Source of the DNA: an uncultured Gemmatimonadales bacterium
GTDB taxonomy: Bacteria; Gemmatimonadota; Gemmatimonadetes; Gemmatimonadales; GWC2-71-9
Length of the DNA stretch: 64,000 nucleotides
Assembly (NCBI GenBank): GCA_963771275.1
Contig: CAVYSW010000003.1
Coordinates: 1,632,001 to 1,696,000, forward strand
Reading direction: 5' to 3'
Below the pieces are notes generated by a model. That model searched no databases. It was not told the DNA's origin and saw nothing but the letters and a program-made list of their open reading frames with translations. This document shows, in pieces, positions 36,651 to 45,122 of this stretch. Positions within the stretch are counted from its first letter, which is position 1, and each line of letters opens with the position of its first letter. The translations under genes were made by a program, and so were the position numbers.

Positions 36651-37850
36651 CTACCGCACCAGCTGCCAGGCGAAGTCGGGCCGCAGCACCCGCCACGCCG
36701 GGACGAAATCGCCGGTCGCGCCGACCAGCAGATCGGCCAGGTCGGCCCGCCGTGCGAGCCGGGCCGCGACGTGATCGAGCACGCGCGGCACCGCGACCGC
36801 CCAGCCGATCAGCCGCTCAAGCACCCACTTCCCCCCGAACGCGCGCAGCCGGTCGCGGTCGTAGCCCGCCAGGTCGCCTGCCGCGAGCCGGTCCGTCGCC
36901 AAACCGGCGAGCACGTGCGGCGCCAGCAGCTCGGCGCCCCGGAGCGCCGCGAAGATCCCCTCGCCGGTGAACGGGTCGTAGAAGTCCGCGGCGTCCCCCA
37001 CGAGAGCCACACCATCCCCGGTCGCGCGCGTGGTCCAGCGCGCGAACGGCCCGACGGCCAGCACGGGCGAGACGAACCGCGCCCCCGCGAGCCGGGCGTG
37101 CACGGACGGGAAGCGCGCGATCAGCGCCCGGAGCCGGTCCGCCGGCCCGCCGCCGGCGGGGAGCGCCGCCGGCTCCGCGACCGCCGCCACGTTCGTGAGG
37201 CCGCGGCCGACGGGTGCCAGCCCCACGTACGCGCCGGCCGCCACGAACATCTCGCCCACCTCGCCCATCCCGCAGACGTCCACCGCGTGCGTGACGAACG
37301 CGAAGCGCCGCCGACGCCCCTGGCGCGCGACGCCGAGCCGCCGCGCCACGCGCGAATGCAGGCCGTCCGCGCCGACGATCAGCCGGGCGCTGACGGTGCA
37401 GCGCCCGCCGCCGGTCCGCACCACGACCGCCGCGCCCCCCCACGCGCTCGGCGTCAGCTCCTCGACGGCCGTGCGCTCGTACAGTCGCGCACCCGCCCGC
37501 ACCGCGGCCTCGACGAGGTGCCGGTCGAGCACCGTGCGCGGCAACGCCAGCCCATACGGCGCAAACGCAGGGTATCCGGCTCCGGCGAACCGTCCGAGGA
37601 AACCGGTCCCGCTCGGGCTCACGATGCGCATGCCGGTGAGGTGCGCCGGCTCCTCCGCCTCGAGTCCGGCGAGCACGCCGAGCCGCGCGAGGACGCGACC
37701 GGCCTCCGGGCTGAGATACTCGCTGCATGGCTTCTCCCGCGGGAATGCATGGCGCTCCACCAGCGCCACGTCCACACCCTCCGCCGCGAGCAGCGCGGCC
37801 GTGGCGCTGCCGGCGGGACCGGCCCCGACCACGACGACGTCGTGAGTCAC
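36651..37850 (-). CDS. FAD-dependent oxidoreductase (geranylgeranyl reductase/halogenase-like fold)
   Basis: DVVVVGAGPAGS, FPREKPCSE, GADG, LVGDAA.F.DPFTGEGI. Start is GTG 37850 or ATG 37868. Confidence 0.9.
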   Translation of the reverse strand: MTHDVVVVGAGPAGSATAALLAAEGVDVALVERHAFPREKPCSEYLSPEAGRVLARLGVLAGLEAEEPAHLTGMRIVSPSGTGFLGRFAGAGYPAFAPYGLALPRTVLDRHLVEAAVRAGARLYERTAVEELTPSAWGGAAVVVRTGGGRCTVSARLIVGADGLHSRVARRLGVARQGRRRRFAFVTHAVDVCGMGEVGEMFVAAGAYVGLAPVGRGLTNVAAVAEPAALPAGGGPADRLRALIARFPSVHARLAGARFVSPVLAVGPFARWTTRATGDGVALVGDAADFYDPFTGEGIFAALRGAELLAPHVLAGLATDRLAAGDLAGYDRDRLRAFGGKWVLERLIGWAVAVPRVLDHVAARLARRADLADLLVGATGDFVPAWRVLRPDFAWQLVR

Positions 37851-37887
37851 CGTCGCACGCGAAGGCATGGTGGGAGTGGGGAGCGAT

Positions 37888-38646
37888 CTACCGGACGGCT
37901 GCGGCGAGGCCGGCGGCCAGGGCCGCGCCGACCCCGGTCGCCGCGAGATTCACCGTGTCGTTCGTCACCCAGCGGCACCCGCGCACGAGGGTCCCCGGCG
38001 CGCCGCAGCCGTGCTCCGGCGTTTCCGTCTCCGCGTCGCACAGCGGGCAGCGGTACACGGCCTGCAGCGTGGCGCCGAGCAGCGAGTCGGCCACCATCCC
38101 GATGGTGCCCGTCACCGCGGCCACCCCGGCCGTAGGCCCCGGAATTCCGAGGCCCCAGCCCAGCAGGGCGAGCAGCACGGCGCCCGTCAGGCCGGCCAGC
38201 GTGCCGCGCGCCGTGACGCCGCCGGACGTCCCGGCCGGCACGGGTCGGCCGGTGGTGATCAGCACCGGCTGACGCGGAGCCCGCGAGCCGATCTCGGTAG
38301 CCCAGGTGTCGGCCTGCGCTGCCGCGAGCCCGCCGGTCAGTACGGCCCAGCCGATCCCCGGCGCGACCGGAGCCAGCAGCCCGCCGAGCGCGGCGGTCCA
38401 GCCGTTGGCCCAGACCTGGCGGGCGGTACGCCGCGCCGAAGCGCGCGGTGGGCCGTTCCAGGCCGTGAGCGCGCTGCCGGAGACGAAGAACGTTCCGAGC
38501 AGTCCCATGCCCGCCAGGCCCGCGCCGGCAAGCACACAGGTGCCCACGGCGGTTGCGGCCGCCGCGGCCCCGCGCGTCAGCCAGCCCAGGCCGTGACCCA
38601 GCAGGGCGACGAGCGCGGCAACGCAGAACGCGAGCCAGGGCGTCAC
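37888..38646 (-). CDS. DUF92 (TMEM19/VTE6-like) membrane protein
   Basis: RTARQVWANG, ADTWATEIG, GTSGGVT..GT, DSLLGATLQ, CxxC-x6-HxC insert, NDTVN; GTGA overlap with the anti-sigma gene. Confidence 0.9.
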   Translation of the reverse strand: MTPWLAFCVAALVALLGHGLGWLTRGAAAAATAVGTCVLAGAGLAGMGLLGTFFVSGSALTAWNGPPRASARRTARQVWANGWTAALGGLLAPVAPGIGWAVLTGGLAAAQADTWATEIGSRAPRQPVLITTGRPVPAGTSGGVTARGTLAGLTGAVLLALLGWGLGIPGPTAGVAAVTGTIGMVADSLLGATLQAVYRCPLCDAETETPEHGCGAPGTLVRGCRWVTNDTVNLAATGVGAALAAGLAAAVR

Positions 38647-38906
38647 GGCCGTTCGGCCGCGCCGCCTTCCAACAGGGTGTCGAGGATCCGCCGCCGGAGG
38701 GCGGGAGGGATTTCCTGCGCGCGGGCACGCGCCTCGAGGAACCTGAGGTAGGCATGCTCGAAGCCGAACAGCGAGAAGCAGTAGGCGCACGTGCCGAGGT
38801 GCGCCTTGACCGCCGCCTCGCGCTCCGGGGTGAGCTCGCCGTCGAGGTAGTCGTACAGATGCTCGATGGCCTCGAGGCAGGCGCGTGGATCCACGGCGTC
38901 GCTCAT
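38643..38906 (-). CDS. Zinc-binding anti-sigma factor (zf-HC2, RsrA-like)
   Basis: C.EAIEHLYDYLDGEL and HLGTCAYC (HxxxCxxC); cytoplasmic, no TM. Confidence 0.9.
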   Translation of the reverse strand: MSDAVDPRACLEAIEHLYDYLDGELTPEREAAVKAHLGTCAYCFSLFGFEHAYLRFLEARARAQEIPPALRRRILDTLLEGGAAERP

Positions 38907-39469
38907 GGGGAGCCTCGCTTCACGTAGCCCATTTCCACGGCATACTCGTACAGCTCCTTCTGCAGCAGCTGGCGCCCGCGGAACAGCCGGGACTTGACGG
39001 TCCCCACCGGCACGCCGGTCACCTCGGCGACCTCCGCGTAGCTCAGCCCTTCGACGTCGGCCAGGACGAGCGTCTCGCGAAACTCGACCGGCAGCCGGTC
39101 TACCGCCCGGAGCACCTCGTCGTCCACGATCCGGTCGAAGAACGCGCCCTCGGGGTCCGCCGTCTGCACGTCCCGGAACACCGTGAACCCCTCGATGGCG
39201 TGAACGTCCACGGGGTCCGGCCGGTTCCCGGAGCGGCGATACTGGTTGATGAACGTGTTCCGCAGGATCGTGAGCAGCCAGGCACGTGCGTTCGTGCCCG
39301 GCCGATACTGCTGCCAGGCCCGGAACGCCTTGAGCATCGTGTCCTGGGTGAGATCCTCCGCCTCCGCCACGTTGCGCGCGAGCCGCCGGGCCACGCGGTA
39401 TACCGTGTCGAGGTGCGCCAGCGCCTCGCGCTCGAATGACGGCGGGAATCCTAGCGGAGCGTCGGACAC
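38903..39469 (-). CDS. ECF sigma-70 factor (SigH/SigR-like)
   Basis: AEDLTQDT.LKAFRAW, GTNARAWLLTILRNTFIN, EGLSYAEVAE...VPVGTVKSRLFRGR; GTG start inferred. Confidence 0.93.
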   Translation of the reverse strand: MSDAPLGFPPSFEREALAHLDTVYRVARRLARNVAEAEDLTQDTMLKAFRAWQQYRPGTNARAWLLTILRNTFINQYRRSGNRPDPVDVHAIEGFTVFRDVQTADPEGAFFDRIVDDEVLRAVDRLPVEFRETLVLADVEGLSYAEVAEVTGVPVGTVKSRLFRGRQLLQKELYEYAVEMGYVKRGSP

Positions 39470-39593
39470 GAAAGCCGCTGCCTCACGGTGATCGGGGATG
39501 GCCCAAGGATCGCCCGCTCCCGCAGGCCACGCAATGCCTACTGGTCCCGCGGGGGGACCGTCGCTAACTTGCGCCCTCCGTTGCCAGACGCAT

Positions 39594-40220
39594 GTGACAA
39601 CAACGCCAACCGCCGACGTTTCCGCCGTTCTTCCCCTTGCCGTCCTGGAAGCCCTGCGCGGGCTCGACCGGCCGGCACCCGACGCCTTCGACGAGGTGCA
39701 TGGCGAGCTGACGGCCAAGCGGCTTGGCCTGAGCCGGACCGTGGCGGCCGAGATCGAGCGGCTCGAACGCCTCGGTCGCCGTGGAGATGGGGTGTCGGCC
39801 GCCGAGCTCGCGGCGCTGTTACGGCTCGCGGCGCGCCGCCAGGATGCGGCTCTGGTGTTTTCCGAAGCGGGCCGCCGGGCGGCGCGCCGCGCCGTGCGGC
39901 AGCTGCCGACGGTGCTCCGGGTAGGACGCACGACCTTGCCGGACGGGTTGCGCCGCAGCCTCGGGCTGGTGCTGGCGCGGCGCGTCGCCGCGCGGGTGTT
40001 CGGGATGGCGCTGTCGCTGGAGGCGGGCGTCCCCGTCGCGACGCTCGCCGAGAGCCATGCGCGGGTGACCGAGCCCGGCCCGGCGTGCGGGTTCTTCGCC
40101 TCGGCGCTCGCCGAGCTGCTGCGGCAGACCACGGGGTTCGATGACGCCATGGTGCACACTGCCTGCCGGGGTCGCGGCGATGCGCGGTGCACCTGGCGCG
40201 CCGCGACCCTTCACGACTGA
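39594..40220 (+). CDS. Hypothetical protein with C-terminal V4R-like domain
   Basis: ACGFFASALAELL...VHTACRGRGDARCTW matches the V4R Cys pattern; start uncertain. Confidence 0.7.
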   Translation: MTTTPTADVSAVLPLAVLEALRGLDRPAPDAFDEVHGELTAKRLGLSRTVAAEIERLERLGRRGDGVSAAELAALLRLAARRQDAALVFSEAGRRAARRAVRQLPTVLRVGRTTLPDGLRRSLGLVLARRVAARVFGMALSLEAGVPVATLAESHARVTEPGPACGFFASALAELLRQTTGFDDAMVHTACRGRGDARCTWRAATLHD

Positions 40221-40237
40221 CCAGAGGGAGGCCGCTT

Positions 40238-41413
40238 ATGCCGGTCCTCGATCGCATCGATCTCGGCGCCGTGCGCGACGCGCTCGGCCGCCGCAAGCTG
40301 GACGGCTGGCTGATCTACGACTTCCATGGCGTGAACCCGGTGGCGGCCCGTGTGCTCGGACTGGGCGGCATGGCCTCGCGCCGCATCTTCGTGCTGCTGC
40401 CCGCCACGGGACGCCCCGTCGCGATCGCGCACAAGATCGAGCTGCAGCCGCTCGCGGGGTTCCCGGGCGAGATCCTGAGCTACGCCAAATGGCAGGAGCT
40501 GCACGCCCACCTCACCAGTGTCGTGCGCGGCAAGCGGCTGGCGATGGAGGTGTCGCCGGACGACGCGGTTCCCTATCTCGACCGCGTGCCGTCGGGCGTG
40601 GTCTCGCTGATCGAGCGGCTCGGCGGGCGCATCGAGTCGTCGGCCGATCTGGTGACGCTGTTCTCCGCGCGGTGGAGCCCCGCCGAGCTGGCCGATCACC
40701 GCTATGCGGCCAAGGCCCTGGCCGACATCGCGCGGCAGACCGTGGCGCAGGTGGTGCGCGAGGCGGGAGCGGCGCGGGAGCACGCGGTGCAGCAGCGCGT
40801 GTGCGAGCAGATGACGCGGGCGGGACTGGTGTGGGACCATCCTCCCATCGTGGGGTTCGGACCCAACGCCGCCAACCCCCACTACGAGCCCGTGGCCGGC
40901 ACCGATGCCCTGCTCGAGGCCGGACAGGTCGTCCTGCTTGACCTCTGGGGCGGCCGCTCGCTCACCACCGTGTTCGCGGATCAGACCTGGATGGGGTTCG
41001 CGGGCCGGACCCCGCCGGACGAAGTGCAGCGCGTCTGGACCATCGTGCGTGACGCGCGTGATGCCGCGATCGCGCGACTGCGCGCGGGCCTCGCCGCCGG
41101 GCAAACCGTGACGGGCGCGGACCTCGACGCCGCCACCCGGGCGCACATCGTGGCGCATGGGTACGGGGACGCGTTCGTGCACCGCACGGGACATTCCATT
41201 GATATCGAGCTGCACGGGTCGGGCCCCCACCTCGACAGCTACGAGACGAACGACGTGCGCGCGCTGCTGCCCGGCGTGGGCTTCTCCGTCGAGCCCGGCA
41301 TCTACCTGACGGGCCGGTTCGGGGTGCGCAGCGAGGTCAATGTCGTGCTGCACGAGACCGGGCCGGAAGTCACCCCGGCGGAGCCGCAGACCGAGTTGAT
41401 TCTGGCGCCGTGA
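40238..41413 (+). CDS. M24 family (Xaa-Pro) aminopeptidase
   Basis: NAANPHY, LLDLW, ADQTW, HRTGHSI, FSVEPGIY, GVRSE; GGAGG SD. Confidence 0.92.
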   Translation: MPVLDRIDLGAVRDALGRRKLDGWLIYDFHGVNPVAARVLGLGGMASRRIFVLLPATGRPVAIAHKIELQPLAGFPGEILSYAKWQELHAHLTSVVRGKRLAMEVSPDDAVPYLDRVPSGVVSLIERLGGRIESSADLVTLFSARWSPAELADHRYAAKALADIARQTVAQVVREAGAAREHAVQQRVCEQMTRAGLVWDHPPIVGFGPNAANPHYEPVAGTDALLEAGQVVLLDLWGGRSLTTVFADQTWMGFAGRTPPDEVQRVWTIVRDARDAAIARLRAGLAAGQTVTGADLDAATRAHIVAHGYGDAFVHRTGHSIDIELHGSGPHLDSYETNDVRALLPGVGFSVEPGIYLTGRFGVRSEVNVVLHETGPEVTPAEPQTELILAP

Positions 41414-41419
41414 CGGCCT

Positions 41420-41439
41420 GTGTCCACAAAACAGGACAC
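41420..41439. promoter_or_regulatory. Palindromic operator-like site GTGTCC-N8-GGACAC
   Basis: Perfect 6-bp inverted repeat with an A-rich spacer, 14 nt upstream of TTGACG (41454-41459), at the head of the 400-bp region before the receptor operon. Confidence 0.45.
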
Positions 41440-41819
41440 CCGGCCTTGGGGGGTTGACGGCGGCTGTCCGGTAGGCAAGTTACGGTGAGTTTCATCACGG
41501 TTGGGTTAGCGAGCGGATTCCCGAGGTCCTTCGCAGGGTCTATCTCGGCGGCCGCGGCGGCCGACGGTGCCGGTTTCCATCAGATAGCGGTTCGGGACTG
41601 AGGAGGAGGTCACAGCCACGTCGCGATTCGTGTCCGACTGCAGTCAGCATCCCACAATTCATCGGTTCACCTCGAGCGCGGCGCAATACGGCCGTTGCTC
41701 GTCCCGCCTCATCCGTGGGATCGATGGTACCCCGGGGTCTGCGACCTTGGGGCGAGCTTCGCTTTCGCCTGCTCACGTTCTGGGAGGTCTTTTCCATGCT
41801 TGAGAAGAGTGGAGCGGCC

Positions 41820-44800
41820 ATGAGCCGTTGGGCGCGCCTGGCGCTCGCGGTGGTCCTGCTCGCGTTCGGAGCCACGGGGCTCTGGGCACAGGGCACGACT
41901 GGCAAAATCGAGGGGACGGTTACCGACCCCAATGGCCAGCCCGTTGCGGGCGCCCAGGTCATCATCGTCGGCACGGCGGCCGGGGCGGTCACCGGCGGCA
42001 CCGGCTACTACTTCATCAACAACGTGCCGGCCGGCGTGTACACGCTCCGCGCCCAGATGATCGGCTTTTCGCCCAACGAGGTCCGCAACGCGCGCGTGCT
42101 CGCCGAACAGACGCTGACGGTGAACTTCAACCTGTCGACGGCCACGGTCCTCGGGGCGATCAGCGTCACGGTGCAGCAGAACCCGATCGTGCCGCGCGAC
42201 CAGGTGACGTCGAAATCGATCGTCACCGGCAGCGTGGTGAACGACATGCCGGTGGACAACGTGCGTGCGGTGCTGTCGCTCCAGCCGGGCGTGGTGGAGT
42301 CGGGCAAGGGGGACGGGCTGTCGATCCGCGGCGGCCGGGCCGGCGAGGCGGCGGTGTACGTCGACGGCGCGCTGGTGCGGAGCCAGAACACGGGCGGGTC
42401 GCGGCTCACCGTGGGCACGAACGCGCTCGAAGAGGCGTCCGTCACGACCGGCGCGCTCGGCGCCGAGTTCGGCGACGCCCAGTCGGGCGTGATCGCGTAC
42501 GTGACCAAGGCCGGGAGCTCGCAGTTCAGCGGGGCCGCGTCCTACGAGACCGACCAGCCGTTCGGCAAGAGCATCAGCGTCGGTTACAACCGCGGCGAGC
42601 TGTCGATCGGCGGGCCGATCATGAGCAACCTGACGTTCTACCTGTCGGGAACGCTCAACGGCCGGCAGTCGGGCGTCCGGGGGAAGGGCGGGGACGTCAT
42701 CCCCAGCTACGTCCTGGGCGGCCTCGACACGACCGTGATCGAGACCCAGGCGGACGGCAGCACCAAGGCGGTGGACATTCCGCGGTACGTCCAGTTCAGC
42801 GGCGCCTGCGATGCGTCCCTCAACTACGGCTACGAATGCCAGGGGCGCCGCCGGCCGTACAACTGGACGACGAACGCGACGGGCCAGGGCAAGCTGCAGT
42901 ACAGCTACGGCGGCGGCTCCGCGGTGTCGGCCACCGTCCTGTACAGCCAGGACCAGGCGCGCGACTGGAACTCGGGCTTCAACTACCGCCTGATGACCGG
43001 CACCCGCAGCTGGAGCAACGGGTTGATCGCGAACTGGACCCAGCAGGTGTTCCGCGAAGCGGAGCGCGAGCTGGCGTTCGACGTGAACCTGTCCTACCAG
43101 ACGGACCGCAGCATCTCGGGCGAGCTGGCTCCCTCGTACGAGCTGGGGCACCGCGACCCGTTCAACGGGTGGGTGCTCTCGCCGATGCAGTTCCGCGTCG
43201 ACTTCGACCACTTCTCGGACGACACCGCTGGGATGTACGGGCCGGGGAACGATACGCTCGTGGTCACCAGCCTGAACGGGCAGGCCGACTGGGACCGCCT
43301 GGTCCAGAACATCCGGACCAACCAGGGCACCCGGCTGCCGTACTGGAACCGCCAGGATCTGAACACGGGGCAGGCGTACCGCATGAACCCGTGGGCGCTC
43401 ACCACCGGCTACTCCACCGACGGGCTCGGCAACTTCAACTCGACGCTCTACCAGGAGCAGCGGTTCCTCGGCCGGGCCAACGTGGACTGGCAGTTCGACC
43501 GGTACAACCGGCTCAAGCTCGGCGGCGACGTGCAGCGCTCGCGCGTGAACTGGTTCAACTCCGGCGTGATCCGCCAGATCTTCCAGGAGGTCTACAGCGA
43601 GAAGCCGCTGCGCTACGGCGTGTACGGCCAGGACCGGCTCGATCTGGGCGACGTCGTAATCGAGGCCGGGCTGCGGTACGACTACTTCAACACGGGCGCG
43701 TACATCCCGGTGGTGCCGGGGCGCATCTTCACGAACCCGAATTTCAATCCGGCCGACTACCTCAATCCAGCCGACAGCGTGTTCTTCAAGGCCAGCGGTC
43801 ATGGGACCGTGTCGCCGCGCGTGCTGGTGTCGTTCCCGGTGACGGACCGGACCGGCTTCCGCCTGTCCTACTCGCATCAGGTGCAGTCGCCGGACCTGCA
43901 GTCGATCTATCAGGGCATCAACAACGACCTCGCGTTCACCAACACGAACGACAACTTCCCGCGCGACGTCACGTGGGGCAAGACGATCCTGTTCGAGTTC
44001 GGCATCCGGCACGCGTTCAGCCAGGATTTCGTGTTCGACATCTCGGCGTACAACAAGGACAAGGTGTCGGATCTGGCCGCGCGCATCCTGCCGTTCTACG
44101 ATCCCGCGACCCAGAAGATCGCGAACATCAACGTCCTGACCAACGCGGACTTCGGGAACACGCGGGGCGTGGACATGAGCCTGATCAGCCGCGTCGGCGA
44201 CTTCTTCAACGGGACGCTGACCTACACGTATCAGGTGGCCAAGAGCACGGGGACGGATCCGTTCTCGTACTTGAACACCACGTCGCGGGCGACGCTGGCC
44301 GTCACCGGTGAGCGGGTGGACCCGCCGCAGGCGCTGCTGCCGTTCGGCGAGAACCGCACGCACAACATCTCGGGCGCGCTCGCGTTCAGCTTCCCGAACG
44401 ACTTCGCGTCGGGCAGCTGGTACGGCACGGTGCTCAAGAACGGCGGCGCGTTCCTGCGCTTCCGGTTCGCGAGCGGCCTGCCGTTCACCAAGCTGGTCAA
44501 CTCCGGCGCCGGGCAGCGCGCGCCGTTCGAAGCGTGGGGACTCTCGGGCGCGGGTGCGGAGCCGCCGAACAGCTCGACGATGCCGTGGATCAAGGAAATG
44601 GACCTCCGGCTCACCAAGGGTCTCCGGCTCGCGGGCGCGGATTGGACGGTGTTCGCCGACGTCCGCAACCTGCTGAACCTGACGTCGATCACCCAGCTGT
44701 TCATCGAGACGGGAGACGTGGTGAACGCCACCCATCGACAGCTGAACTCGAGCAACGAGGTGTCGCGGCTGGTGGCCGAGGCCGGATCGAACGCGGTGAC

Positions 44801-45044
44801 GCAGAGCGATGGCTCGGTGTCGATCATGCTGCCGGCCACTTGCAGCGGCACGACCTGGCAAGGCGGACCGGTCAACTGCGTGCTGCTGAAGCGCGCCGAG
44901 GCCCGGTTCGGCAATGGCGACGGGACGTTCACCCGCGCCGAGTACATCGCGATGTGGGACGCGGAGTACGACATCTTCAACGGCAAGTACACGTTCTACG
45001 ACGCGCCGCGCAGCATCCGGCTCGGCTTCGAGCTGCGGTTCTAA
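41820..45044 (+). CDS. TonB-dependent receptor with N-terminal carboxypeptidase-regulatory-like domain
   Basis: Signal peptide (LWA-Q); GKIEGTVTD; plug motif SIRGGR..E..VYVDG; AEFGDAQSGVI; amphipathic strands; C-terminal PRSIRLGFELRF. Confidence 0.92.
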   Translation: MSRWARLALAVVLLAFGATGLWAQGTTGKIEGTVTDPNGQPVAGAQVIIVGTAAGAVTGGTGYYFINNVPAGVYTLRAQMIGFSPNEVRNARVLAEQTLTVNFNLSTATVLGAISVTVQQNPIVPRDQVTSKSIVTGSVVNDMPVDNVRAVLSLQPGVVESGKGDGLSIRGGRAGEAAVYVDGALVRSQNTGGSRLTVGTNALEEASVTTGALGAEFGDAQSGVIAYVTKAGSSQFSGAASYETDQPFGKSISVGYNRGELSIGGPIMSNLTFYLSGTLNGRQSGVRGKGGDVIPSYVLGGLDTTVIETQADGSTKAVDIPRYVQFSGACDASLNYGYECQGRRRPYNWTTNATGQGKLQYSYGGGSAVSATVLYSQDQARDWNSGFNYRLMTGTRSWSNGLIANWTQQVFREAERELAFDVNLSYQTDRSISGELAPSYELGHRDPFNGWVLSPMQFRVDFDHFSDDTAGMYGPGNDTLVVTSLNGQADWDRLVQNIRTNQGTRLPYWNRQDLNTGQAYRMNPWALTTGYSTDGLGNFNSTLYQEQRFLGRANVDWQFDRYNRLKLGGDVQRSRVNWFNSGVIRQIFQEVYSEKPLRYGVYGQDRLDLGDVVIEAGLRYDYFNTGAYIPVVPGRIFTNPNFNPADYLNPADSVFFKASGHGTVSPRVLVSFPVTDRTGFRLSYSHQVQSPDLQSIYQGINNDLAFTNTNDNFPRDVTWGKTILFEFGIRHAFSQDFVFDISAYNKDKVSDLAARILPFYDPATQKIANINVLTNADFGNTRGVDMSLISRVGDFFNGTLTYTYQVAKSTGTDPFSYLNTTSRATLAVTGERVDPPQALLPFGENRTHNISGALAFSFPNDFASGSWYGTVLKNGGAFLRFRFASGLPFTKLVNSGAGQRAPFEAWGLSGAGAEPPNSSTMPWIKEMDLRLTKGLRLAGADWTVFADVRNLLNLTSITQLFIETGDVVNATHRQLNSSNEVSRLVAEAGSNAVTQSDGSVSIMLPATCSGTTWQGGPVNCVLLKRAEARFGNGDGTFTRAEYIAMWDAEYDIFNGKYTFYDAPRSIRLGFELRF

Positions 45045-45058
45045 CGGGGAGTCGAGGG

Positions 45059-45088
45059 GGGCGGCGTCCGGACGACCGGGCGCCGCCC
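45059..45088 (+). other. Intercistronic stem-loop
   Basis: GGGCGGCGTCCGG-ACGA-CCGGGCGCCGCCC, 13 bp, no U-tract. Confidence 0.7.
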
Positions 45089-45122
45089 ACGACGATCACC
45101 AGCTCTCGAGGGATTCTGACCT

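Noticed and set aside
41709..44861. 1050-aa minus-strand ORF (and similar 45129..47078, 48600..50411)
   Set aside because: Antisense shadows of the TonB receptor, cargo and PorV genes.
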